Positions 24,980 to 36,310 of a stretch of 64,000 bases of DNA are shown here, piece after piece. The translations under genes and the position numbers were made by a program. Within the stretch, counting starts at the first letter, position 1; each line of letters begins with the position of its first letter. The notes beneath the pieces were generated by a model. It was not told the DNA's origin, did no database searches, and saw nothing but the letters and a program-made list of their open reading frames with translations. The DNA comes from Octopus bimaculoides (Eukaryota). Location of the stretch: contig NC_068998.1 in the NCBI RefSeq assembly GCF_001194135.2, positions 38,260,732 through 38,324,731 on the forward strand, read 5' to 3'.

Positions 24980-25320
24980 GCTGAGACCCCCTTCGGTCAT
25001 GACTGACTATGGGATTGCACCTAGAAAGTTACCCTCCCAGGCACAAGTCCGGGCAAGGTTGTTTATGGAAGACCAGCAGTCGCCCATGCATACCAGCCAC
25101 CCCTCTCCACACCACCAGTGTTATCCAAGGGAAAGGCAAAGGGGCCGATACAGCTTGGCACCTGTGACGTCGCAACTCATTTCTACAGCTGAGTGAAGTG
25201 GAGCAACGTGAAATAAAGTGTCTTGCTCAAGAACACAACACACAGCCCGGTCCAGGATTCGAACTCATGACCTCATGATCGTAAGCTCGATGCTCTAACC
25301 ACTGAGCCATGTGCCTTCAC
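24980..25320 (-). mobile_element. SINE J, full length, with a CORE-like central domain and 11-bp TSD
   Basis: Head GTGAAGGCACATGGCTCAGTGGTTAGAGC...GAGTTCGAATCC, then TGTGTTCTTGAGCAAGACACTT...CACTCAGCTGTAGAAATGAG, resembling the MIR CORE (recalled). TSD ACCCACATAAT at 24969-24979 and 25321-25331. A head-truncated copy lies at 52579-52874 with TSD GYAGGACAATAG. Confidence 0.88.
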
Positions 25321-26429
25321 ACCCACATAATAATGATGTACAAAATAATGATTTCAAATTTTGGCACAAGGCCAACAATTTGGTGGGAGCGGGTGAGCCT
25401 ATTACATGGACTCCTGTGCTCAACTGGTACTTGTTTGATCAACCGCAAAAGGGATGAAAAGCATGACGGAATTTGAACTTGATGATAGCAAAAATAATGA
25501 TTTCCAAAAGAGAGAAAAATTGAACAGCAGAAGATGGCAATGACAAACCAGCTCTGAAATGTAGTTGGAAAGCCTTGTGGATATGGACATTTAGGTAGGG
25601 CTCCGGGAAGTCAGATTTGTCTTAATAGATTCTTATTTCTTTATTGCCCACAAGGGGCTAAACATAGAGGAGACAAAAAAAGAAAAAAAAAGGGATTAAG
25701 TTGATTACATTGACCTCAGTGTATCACTGGTACTTAATTTATCGATCCTGAAAGGATGAAAGGCAAAGTCGATTTCGGCGGAATTTGAACTCAGAATGTA
25801 ACGGCAGACGAAATACCGCTAAGCATTTCGCCCAGCATGCTACCGTTTCTGTCAGCTCACCACCCTCAAATAGTCTTAATAGTTTCATTCACCTCTCATC
25901 ATCAGCTTCATTTTTGCGTGTGCTTTTCATGCTAGGGTTGACCAGGCAGGTTATCAGAGTCCAAGTCAGTTTTCAAATATGGATAAAAAGACCATGTCTC
26001 ACTCCTGTGTTTCATTTCTTACATGGTTTCTACAACTGGGTGCCCTTCCTATCATCAACCATTTTTGCAGCTTTTTATATATAAAAAAAGAAACCTAGGT
26101 TAACCCTGTAAATCAGCATTTACCTATAATGATATGTGTGTGTGTGTGTGTGTGTGTTCAATATTATAAGTATATAGAGCTTGATACAGTCCTCTGGCTT
26201 ACCACCCCTATTAAACTGTCCAACTCATGGAAAATGGATGTTAAATGATGACAATCACACACACACACACACATATATATATCAGTAGCTATATTTGTTA
26301 TATGATATATATTTTATATTCTATACTGGTATTATATATAAGTATAATAAACATATCATATATTTACAATATGGTTATAATAACTCTATATATATTATTT
26401 AAGATTAGAGTATTCCGTAAAAAAAAAAT

Positions 26430-26900
26430 TATTTTTTAATCTATATAACTAATTTCCTGCTAGTGTCTATCGTCCTGATATTACAGGCGTGTTATTTAAA
26501 TTGAATTCGCTAATCCTTCTATTTCGACTTAAATCACGTCTCTGCTCAACCAATCAATGCTTGTTGTGCTGCACACACTGAAAGCGCTGGCTGCTAAGAA
26601 GCAGTATTGACAACTTCTAAGCTGATTGATTGACACAGCACTAATGTTACGACTAAGCAGCAAGGTTGTCTCCCTTGTCATCTGTGTGTGACAACATCTC
26701 ACTGTATCAGACAAGGAGACATGAGAACAAAGATTTTATTATCTGTCTTGCCATGTTGCGAAAACATTCAAAGAGATTAATGGTATTTTGTTTTATTATC
26801 TTCGTCCACAGTGAAAGGTTGTACATATATAATGCAGTAGAATCGGTAGAGTGCCAGATGAAATGTTTTGCAGTAGTTATTTTCCTCTTTAGAGTGTGAG
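26430..26900. promoter_or_regulatory. possible cis-regulatory island
   Basis: Unique sequence with more CpG than its surroundings; CCAAT at 26550-26554; TGATTGATTGACAC at 26623-26636. Motif occurrence only. Confidence 0.2.
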
Positions 26901-27000
26901 TTCAAATCTTCACATTATCTTTTCACCCTTCAGCAATAATAAAATAAAAGACAGTTAAAATTTGATTAAATCCACTATAAAACTTGCTATGGAAACTTAC

Positions 27001-27047
27001 ACTGGCATCTCTTGCATTACAGAAGCATCACGTTCCTCAAAATCTTC
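27001..27047 (-). CDS. candidate internal exon (47 nt, phase 0 to 2)
   Basis: gtcttttgtgttacag|GAAGAT...CCAGT|gtaagt. Only one open frame: EDFEERDASVMQEMP. Confidence 0.4.
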
Positions 27048-27237
27048 CTGTAACACAAAAGACATGTGTTCTTTAACATGGAAGGCAGTGAAAAGAAAAT
27101 GGGTTTTGCATTAAGGAATTCTGCATTATGGCAGGATTTTCAAGAAGGCAAGGTTTTTGTCATAACACCAAAAATGCATTTTTGTACTCAATAACACACA
27201 ACACAAAAACTGGCATTTTATTGATAATTCTCTCTTG

Positions 27238-27680
27238 ACCCTTTTGATACCAACCTGCCTGAGAGTGCCCCAGGTTCTATGACATAAACATACTCTTTTA
27301 ACCCTCTAAGGACACCCTGGCCAATTGATTGACCCAAGTGACACAAGCTGAAAAGACTTTGAGGCCGATCCATCAGCCTGATGAAACAAATGTTGTGAAT
27401 GGTTGGTTTTGGAGTGTAATAGCTAATCAGAGATCGTCTTCCAGTAGATATATCTCAATAGAAAAAAATGGTGTTTTTGACGACACATACCAAAACACTA
27501 TGTGTCTCAAAGGGGTTAGAGTGGTCTTTGCTATAATCTTCCATCAAAATTTTATGCTAATTTGTTCTAGGCCCCAGCTTAATAATGAGAAAGTTATGTT
27601 ACTAAATACTTAATTATTTTAAAAATTAATTGAAACAAAAGCAGCCTATATTGACAGAAATATGGTAACAAAAGCATTAA
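27238..27680. mobile_element. MITE D interrupted at its internal TTAA by MITE O (27302-27515)
   Basis: TTAA|CCCTCTAAGGACAC ... GTGTCTCAAAGGGG|TTAG. D halves lie on both sides. Confidence 0.75.
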
Positions 27681-29140
27681 ATGTTCCCTTCATCTACCAC
27701 CCTTACTCGCTCTTATGTGGGATGACCCTGGTTCCCACATAAACAACCCACCTCATCTCTCTAACTCCCGTCCTCAATTATGGCACCCTTATTACTGTCT
27801 TTACTACCACCCTCACACAACTGCAAATCTCTTCCTCTCATCACCCCAAACAAAATTTATCTCACTCTCTCTTTGATTCTCATTTGGTTAATTAATGACA
27901 GCCACATTGTTAGCCTTACAAATTGCAAGGCAATTTTACTAGTGCTGGTGCTGCAAAGAAAGAAACAAAGAAAAAAAAACAATAAACAGTACACTCTGTA
28001 AAATGGTTGGCATTAGGGAGGCAGGGCACCTTGTCATAGAAATCCTACCAAAACAGGCACTAGATTATAACATGGTCCTCCAATTCATCAGATTCTATAG
28101 AACTGTCCAACCCATAGCATCACAGAGATGTCATTCCGGAAATATATTCTCGCATCACTGAAATCTTGAAACTACGATATAATGCAGGATTAATTCAAAA
28201 CAATGTGAATAAAATAAATAAATATTATTTAAATATTTGATAAAATAATCTGAATACTAAAGAGCTCAGGGTGCATTTCTATGTAATGTTTGGTAATATT
28301 TGACCTGGGGCTATATTATAAGACACTTGTTGAAGGTGCTGTGCAGTGGGACTGAACCTGGAACCCTGCGGTTAGGAAGCCAATTCCTTATCACACAGCC
28401 TTGCTTCAGCTCTCTGTCTGTGTATTGTTAGATGATGTCAATTATAGGGTTAGTTATAGTTCATTCCTTTAAGAATGACAGTTCAGCTGATCAAAAAATT
28501 GGAAAATTCAGTGGAAACAGAGAAATCTTGTTTTTAATTATCTTTTTAGTCTTTTACTCGTTTCAGTCATTTGACTTCAGCCATGCTGGAGCACTGTCTT
28601 GAAGGATTTTAGTCGAAGAACCCAACCCCAGGACTTATTCCTTGTAAGCCTGGTACTTATTCTATCAGTCTCTTTGCCAAACTGCTAAGTTGTGGGGACA
28701 TAAACACACCAACACTGGTTGTCAAGTGGTGGTGGGGACAAACAGACACATAAATATATATAATATTATATATACAATGGGCTTCTTTCAGTTTCTCACA
28801 AGGCTTTGGTCATCCCAAGGCTATAATAGAAGACATTTGCTGAGTCATTTTGAGGAGAGGGGAGCAATCAAATTACATCAACCCCCAATGCTCAACTGGT
28901 ATTTATTTTATTGACTCCAAGACAACGCCGACCTCTATGATATTTGAACTCAAACCATTAAGCTTGAGGAAATGCCACTAAGCCTTTTGTCCAGTAAGCC
29001 AATGATTCAGCCCGATTGCTGCCTTCCGTATACTGTATATAATGTCATGACTTGGAACGTAGTTTCCTTGTCTGATGCAAAAGACAGGGAATTCAAAGTT
29101 TACTGTCCAAGGAAACAGCAAGCAAAGAACTCTTACAATT

Positions 29141-29937
29141 TTAACCTCTTTGATACCAGCCCAACCCAACTGAGATTGTTTCTTGTTTTAAGGTCCTAGA
29201 TTCCTGTTTTAAAGTGATTTTCATCTTAATTTATGTTCCTGACAACAGCTTTTAATTCATTATTTTACTCTTTTACTTGTTTCAGTCATTTGACTGCAGC
29301 CATGCTGGAGCACTGCCTTTATAGTCGAGCAAATCGACCCCAGAGCTTATTCTTTGTAAGCCTAGTACTTATTCTATCGGTCTCTTTTGCCAAATCACTA
29401 AGTTATGGGGACGTAAACACACCAGCATCGGTTGTCAAGCGATGATGGGGGGGACAAACAGACACACAAACATATACACACATATATATACATATACAAC
29501 GGGCTTCTTCCAGTTTCCGTCTACCAAATCCACTCACAAGGCTTTGGTCGGCCCGAGGCTATAGTAGAAGACACTTGCCCAAGGTGCCATGCAGTGGGAC
29601 TGAACCCGGGATCATGTGGTTGGTAAGCAAGCTACTTATTTCTTTATTGCCCACAAGGGGCTAAACATAGAGGGGACAAACAAGGACAGACAAGGGGATT
29701 AAGTCGATTACATTCACCCCAGTACTTAATTTATTGCCCCCGAAAGGATGAAAAGCAAAGTCGACCTCGGCGTAATTTGAACTCAGAATATAAAGACAGA
29801 CGATTCGCCCAGCCTGTTAATGTTTCTGCCAGCTCGCTGCCTTACCACACAGCCACTCCTGCACCTATATTCATTCAAAATGAATTGAAACAAAAGCAGT
29901 GTATTCCAAAAGAAATATGGCAACAAAAGGGTTTAAA
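29141..29937. mobile_element. MITE D containing SINE A (29262-29868), which contains SINE G (about 29638-29835)
   Basis: A is flanked by TSD ATTCATT (29255-29261, 29869-29875). G splits the A head between CAAGCTACTTA and CTTACCACACAGCC. Confidence 0.87.
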
Positions 29938-30193
29938 TTATGTAGGAAACACTGCACAATGCGATCCCTAATGGTTAAAGCTGAAATACCATTGATCATG
30001 GGTCTGTTTAAGGAGAACTGACCTGGGGTTAAACAACAACAGCAACATTCACAGTTTGTTAAAAGATGTCCTTGGAGGAGAGAATGCTAAAGCAAAATAT
30101 TTATTGAGAATAATTACAGGCCATATCCTTGTCTGAAAAGATGTCTTAAAGAAAACAAAGTAAAACAAAAAGAACCTGAAGTAGATGTAGATA

Positions 30194-30410
30194 CGAGGGG
30201 GAGGCTGAAAAGTTCCTGGCTTTAAAGGTATCAGGAAAGGCCTGGTTGGAGGCCCAACTCTCTGAATTCTTTTACAGGGCTTAGAAAAACTGAAGGACCA
30301 CTGCAATAAGTGTGTGAATCTGAGATGGGAATATGTTGGATAAAATCATAATTAATTGATTCTCTGTATTTTCTTTTAACGAAAGCCAGGAACTTTTCAG
30401 CATTCCCTCA
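30194..30410 (+). mobile_element. non-autonomous mariner derivative (217 bp)
   Basis: TA|CGAGGGGGAGGCTGAAAAGTTCCTGGCTTT...AAAGCCAGGAACTTTTCAGCATTCCCTCA|TA. Internal QGLEKLKDHCNKCVNLRWEYVG* matches the mariner transposase C-terminus (GI.KL..RW.KC...G.Y.E). Confidence 0.9.
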
Positions 30411-31159
30411 TAAATATCAAGTCCTGAGGTTCACTAGCACTAAATCAAGAAATCTTGAAGACAATTATGTTTTACCAGGCTTTCAGATCTGAAATAGAAT
30501 CAAAGACAGCATACAGAACTAAAGAATGACAGCAGTTCAAGGAAGGAACAGAGGAATTCTTCATTTCATGTGGTTTTCTTCACAGATACGAAGTTTCACT
30601 TGTCTTAATCTTGGTTCACACTGGATTCAACATTATAATTGTGTCACATGCAATTCTAATGGATTCACCTTTCATTATCATGGAAATATAAAAAGCTGAT
30701 CTCTTTCTCTCTCTCTCATGCATTCATGCATTACTTACCTGCAGGCACAAATTGTGAATTCACAATTCACCCATCTGATACAAACTTCTAGTTTAAAGAT
30801 ATTTAAATTAAAACTTTCCATCAAAATTTCATGTTAATTTATGTTCCAGGCAACAGCTTTATAATGAGAAAAGCTAATAGGATGTACTTCTTTTTTTAAA
30901 AAAAAAAGTGCCTTAAAAATCAAACCAGGTCCTATATGTGAAGCTGGGACTCCCATAAGCTTTAATGCACTAAAAAAACTTTTTTCTTGAATATGCACTG
31001 CTAAAATTGGGGTTTATCTAGTATGTCTGTGCGTCTTTTATGCCATCAAATAAGAAATTTTACTGAATTCATTTTTCTCAAATACAGTGTGCGTATGTGT
31101 AGTAAGAAATCATAATTATATATAAAAAAACAACACATGCATGCAGACATATATACTAA

Positions 31160-31730
31160 TTTTCATTTGTATTTATCATCATAGGTGCATTAAGTTAAGG
31201 TACCAACAAATTTACACAAAAACTTAGAAATACTTAGTTTATGTGGATTCTCCAAATTCAATTTATCAGTGACACTGAAGATTTGTAAGACATTCCAAAA
31301 CTTCTCCATCTGAGATCCTTGGGTGTATGGATCGACAGTTCAACCAACACACCAACTTAACCACATACTGACAAACACAAGAAACTCTGTAAACTCAAAA
31401 AGTCGTGTTGCTTCATTAGTAACCAGCTTGAACTCTCTCAAGAAAAACTTTTACTGGTAGAACAGCCCAATAAAAGACATCAATTTGGTGCAATCATAAC
31501 AGACCTGATATTGTTCTGCAAGACAGGGAACAAAAGTCATGCCCTGTTGTAGAGGTCAGCTCCCAGCGGATGTGAAGGTACAATCAAAAGTCCAGGAGAA
31601 AGAGAACATTTATGGAGAATTAATGCAGAACTTATAACTCTTGTACCCTGACTATGAATTCTCGTTTGTACCCACCATCATAGATGGGATGTGTACCAAC
31701 AAATTTGCGCAAAAACCTAGAAATATGTAT
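31160..31730 (+). mobile_element. remnant of a non-LTR retrotransposon with a restriction-like endonuclease (R4/NeSL-type), two tandem C-terminal pieces
   Basis: HNRPDIVLQDREQKSCPVVEVS-PADVKVQSKVQEKENIYGELMQNL*LLYPDYEFSFVPTII (about 31490-31690) and FSFVFIIIGAL..VPTNLHKNLEIL...TLKICKTFQNFSI* (about 31160-31315). Confidence 0.8.
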
Positions 31731-32329
31731 GTGAGCGAGATCGTTGCCAGTGCCGCTGGACTGGCTCCTGTGCAGGTGGCACGTAAAATACACCATTTCG
31801 AGCGTGGCTGTTGCCAGTACTGCCTGACTGGTCATCGTGCCGGTGGCACGTAAAAGCACCCACTACACTCTCGGAGTGGTTGGCATTAGGAAGGGCATCC
31901 AGCTGTAGAAACTCTGCCAAATCAGATTGGAGCCTGGTGTAGCCATCTGGTTTCACCAGTCGTCAGTCAAATCGTCCAACCCATGCTAGCATGGAAAGCG
32001 GACATTAAACGACGACGATGATGATGATGATGTATATACATACATTCATATCACGGTTGTAGGAAAGAAACCAAAAGGGCTGCCAGTATATACCCTCTGT
32101 GTAGAACTCATAATTTCAGACAATTGAGTAAAAGAATCCTGAAGNNNNNNNNNNCCAGTCGTCAGTCAAATCGTCCAACCCATGCTAGCATGGAAAGCGG
32201 ACATTAAACGACGACGATGATGATGATGATGTATATACATACATTCATATCACGGTTGTAGGAAAGAAACCAAAAGGGCTGCCAGTATATACCCTCTGTG
32301 TAGAACTCATAATTTCAGACAATTGAGTA

Positions 32330-34620
32330 AAAGAATCCTGAAGACAAACTGTAATGAATAAACAAAACCTTTGACAAAGCATGAATAACATTTTGGTAAG
32401 AGAGTCTAAGAGAACGCTTCAGCAGCTGAAGAACTGAAACACTCCCGGACCAGACGGAATAATAACAGAAATATTGGTTTCGAATTATGGCACAAGGCCA
32501 GCAATTTCGAGGGAAGTGGTAAGCTAATTACATTGACCCCAGTATTCAAGTAGTACTTATTTTATTGACCTCGAAAGGATAGAAGGCAAAGTCTACCTCA
32601 GTGGTATTTGAACTCAGAATGTAAAGACAAATGGAATACCGCAAAGCATCTTTGCCTGGCTTACTAACAATTCTCCCAGCCAGCTGCCTTAAATAATAGA
32701 AATATTTAAAAAGCCAACACCGATGGTATGTTACATCTTTTATGTAAACTGTTCTGGGAAACATTGGATGCTGGGGGCTACAGAAGATGATTGGAAACAA
32801 GGGATCATGATGAAAATTACCAGGAAGTGTGTTCTAAGAGATTGAGGGAATTGGAAAGGAATTGTACTGAACAGAATCTGAAATTCTCAAGATCCAATGT
32901 TGAAAGATGAGCAAGGAGGATTTAGAAAATCTAGGAGTTGCAATGGCCATGTATTTGCATTTCATTACAGAATTTAGCTGTAAGATTCAGAACACCTCAC
33001 CTCACACCTGATAATGATATTTGTGGACTTTGAGAAAACCTTCACACTGACCAACATGGAAGAGCTTTTACTGTTTAGCATTCAGGTTACTGTCAGATGT
33101 AAGACTTATTTACACTCTTTTGAATTAATTATGCATTATCTTATAGCTTTGAGATTTCAATAATGTGATTGTTTATTTTTAGAAGGACATTGTAGGAGAG
33201 GTGTGAGAGGCTGGATCTGATCAGTTTGAACATAAAGCCAGAAGAATATTTTGGCCTGATATGGTCTGTTTAAATGTTAAAGGATTAAGGGACTATGGAT
33301 TACCAAAGAAATATATATTCATATTATAAAGGGAATCAAACAATGGCAGTACATGTTGAGTGTATATTGACTGGGATTAAACACAAGAATTGAGAATTTA
33401 GAGTGGTATGCTGCAGGGCGATGTCTTGTTTCCACTGGTCTTTGTAGTTCTTACAGACTCAGAAAATATATTGTAAGAGAAAAGAAGGAATTGGGTGGGT
33501 TGATGGGCAGAATACCTTTCATGCAGGTAATGTTATCATTTGAGCAGATCAACAGGTAATCTGTCAGTCCTGATAGATAAGAGAGATTTAGAAAAATTTA
33601 AAAAAGAGTTGTCCTAAAAATCAAATCCTGGAAGACCAACATGGTGGTAACAATGAAAAGAGTTTATTAAAGGAAATACACTGATGGATTGAGGTATCAC
33701 TTTAAAATTAATTTAGAGACATCAAGCAATGGCTATACTGTTGTAAAGTCACATAGACTAATGACATATATTGGTTTCAAATTTTGGCACAAGGCCAGCA
33801 ATTTCGGTGGGGAGATGGGTAATCGATGACATCAATACTAGTGCTCAACTGGGGCTTATTTTATCAACCCCGAAAGGATGAAAGGTAAAAATCAACTTTG
33901 GTGGAATTTGAACTCAGATGAATGAAATGCAACTTAGTATTTTGCCTGGCGTGCTAACGATTCTGCCAGCTCACCACATTTCTAACGACACATCTTAAAT
34001 AAGGCTCTTTGTGTCAATGGTTTTATCAATGGTGGTGTTTGGAGCAGAGTCCTGCCCTGACAATTTAACCCCTGGGATAGCCATGGTACTATAATACAAA
34101 TTTCCTACTTTAACCCTTTAGCTTTTATAACAGGCCATATTCGGCCCAGATATTCTACTTGTTTTATGTTCAATCTGGCCAGATTCGGCCTCTCACTCCT
34201 GTCCTACAATGTCATTCTAAAAACAAACAGTCACACCATTGAAATGTCAGAGCAATGAGATAATTTATGATTCATTTAAAACTATGTGAATAAATAAACA
34301 TTACATTTAAAAGAGTAATCTGAACGCCAAAGGGTTAAAGTGATCTAAATTAAAACCTTTTTTCGAAATTTCATGTTAATTTATGTTCCAAACACCAGGT
34401 GAATAACAACAAAGGTATTTTACTAAATTCTTTGTTAATTTCAAAATTAAGTGAGACAACAGAAATATGGTAACAAAATGATTAAGCCATAACCAGACGT
34501 TTACATATTTTTGAGAAAATAAAAAGATTTTAGGCATCAGTTGACAAAACTATGCAAGACATGAAAGAATATGAGATGTCACCCAGGTTATTTATATTAA
34601 CAAATGGCTCATGAAAATGG
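32330..34620 (+). mobile_element. old RTE-clade LINE reverse-transcriptase remnant with five nested insertions
   Basis: LQQLKN*NTPGPDGIITE (about 32410-32470), DEQGGFRKSRSC (about 32905), IFVDFEKTF (about 33020), GMLQGDVLFPLVF (about 33410), LKIKSWKTNMVV (about 33615) and KILGIS*QNYARHERI (about 34525-34575), interrupted by G, C, G, and D containing C. Confidence 0.8.
34114..34334. mobile_element. MITE C (221 bp, piggyBac-type) with perfect TTAA TSD, inside MITE D (34069-34483)
   Basis: TTAA|CCCTTTAGC...GCCAAAGGG|TTAA. Other C copies at about 33068-33287, 37318-37480, 38294-38501, 40942-41158, 46742-46930, 50760-50980 and 54960-55160. Confidence 0.9.
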
Positions 34621-35385
34621 TTTGTACAAAGATGCAGGTATGACTGTATGGTAAGAATTTTGCTTCATAACCACATGGTTCTGGGTTCAGTCCCACTGCG
34701 TGACACCTTGGACAAGTATTTTCTACTATACCTTTAGACTGACCAAAGCCTTGTGAGTAAATTTGGTAGATAGACACTGAAAGAAGCCCATCATAAATAT
34801 ACATATGTATGTGTGTGTGTGTGTTTGTGTCTGCGTTTGTCCCCCACCACCACTTGACAACCGGCATCGGTGTGTTTACGTCCCTGTAACATAGTGGTTT
34901 GGCAAAAGAGATCGATACAATGAGTATCAGGCTTTAAAAAAAAAATCTTCAAGGTGGTGCCCCAGCATGGCCACAGTCTAATGACTGAAACAAGTAAAAG
35001 ATAAAAGATAGATGCAGGCATAGCTGTGTATTTAAAAAGCTAGCCTTGGAACCATGAGATTTCAGGTTTAATCCTACAGTACAGTACAGCATCATGGGCA
35101 AGTGTCTTTTACTATAGACCAGGGCTAGCCAATGCTTTGTGCCTTTGTGTTTGTCACCCACCAGTACTTGACAACCAGTGTTACTTTGTTTCCATCCTTG
35201 TAACTTAGCAGTTCAGCAAAAGTGACCAATAGAATAAGTACTAGACATTAAAAAGTTGTGGGGTTCAATTTGTTCAACTAAACCCTGGAAGGCATGCCCC
35301 AGCATGGCCGCAGTCCAACAAATGAAACAAATAAGTGCTGAAAGATATTTTACATGTCCAACCAGATAGAAAATAATGCAAAAAA

Positions 35386-35790
35386 GGCGCAGGAGTGGCT
35401 GTGTGGTAAGTAGCTTGCTTACCAACCACATGGTTCAGGGTTCATTCCCACTGCGTAGCACCTTGGGCAAGTGTCTTCTACTATAGCCTCGGGCCAACCA
35501 AAGCCTTGTGAGTGGATTAGGTAGACAGAAACTAAAAGAAGCCCGTCGTATATATGTATATATATATATATATGTGTGTGTGTGTTTGTGTGTCAGTGTT
35601 TGTCCTCCCAACATCGCTTGACAACCGATGCTGGTGTGTTTATGGCCCTGTAACTTAGCAGTTTGGCAAAAGATACCGATAGAATAAGTACTAGGCTTAC
35701 AAAGAATAAGTCCTGGGGGCAATTTGCTCCACTAAAGGCGGTGGTCCAGCATGGCCGCAGTCAAACGACTGAAACAAGTAAAAGAGTAAG
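35386..35790 (+). mobile_element. SINE A, full-length reference copy (about 400 bp)
   Basis: tRNA-like head with A and B boxes, internal (TA)n(TG)n, 3' end AAAGGCGGTGGTCCAGCATGGCCGCAGTCAAACGACTGAAACAAGTAAAAGAGTAAGA. Confidence 0.93.
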
Positions 35791-36164
35791 ACGAAGATGG
35801 TGGAGAAGAAGAAGACGACAAACAAGCAAGAAGACTTGCATGGCTGTAAACAATAAAAAAAGTGACACTGGGGATGATATGAATGTGGTCAAAGACAAGG
35901 ATCTGGATAGGACTGGTCAGTGAATATTTTGCATGCCATCCACATCACATCACTTTGGAAGTAGTAGTAGTAGTAGTAACTCTCTATATGCACATTGGAA
36001 ACGGGGTTTGTTCGAGAAAGGGCAATCAGGCCATAGAATATTGTGTTGAGAAGTCTCTTCCAACACATGACAGCAAAGAAAAAGCAGACGCACAGACAAT
36101 GAAGATATATATATATAGACAGATAGTGATACTGTGGGCTTCCACACAGTTTCCATTTTATCTT

Positions 36165-36310
36165 TTATCTTTTAGAGTTTCAGCTTAGAGCTGTGGCCAT
36201 GCTGATGCACCGCCGTGAAAAATTTGTCGGCAGCCAGCCATGAGGATCGAACTCACATCCCTCTAATATCCGGTTAGAATGCTTTACCATTTAAGCTAAA
36301 CCGCCTGACC
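36165..36310 (-). mobile_element. short SINE K1: a different tRNA-like head fused to a SINE A-type tail
   Basis: Minus strand: GGTTTAGCTTAAATGGTAAAGCATTCTAACCGGATATTAGAGGGATGTGAGTTCGATCCTC...GGCGGTGCATCAGCATGGCCACAGCTCTAAGCTGAAACTCTAAAAGATAAAA. Confidence 0.7.

Noticed and set aside
27920-27950. 31-nt exon candidate (TSTSKIALQF), phase-compatible with 27001-27047 and reminiscent of the CZIB N-terminus
   Set aside because: The acceptor comes from an A-rich expansion inside a family B remnant, and neighbouring exons do not match CZIB.
31955-32343. Exact direct repeat of about 190 bp flanking a 10-N gap
   Set aside because: Identical copies meeting at a placeholder gap indicate overlapping contig ends, an assembly artefact.
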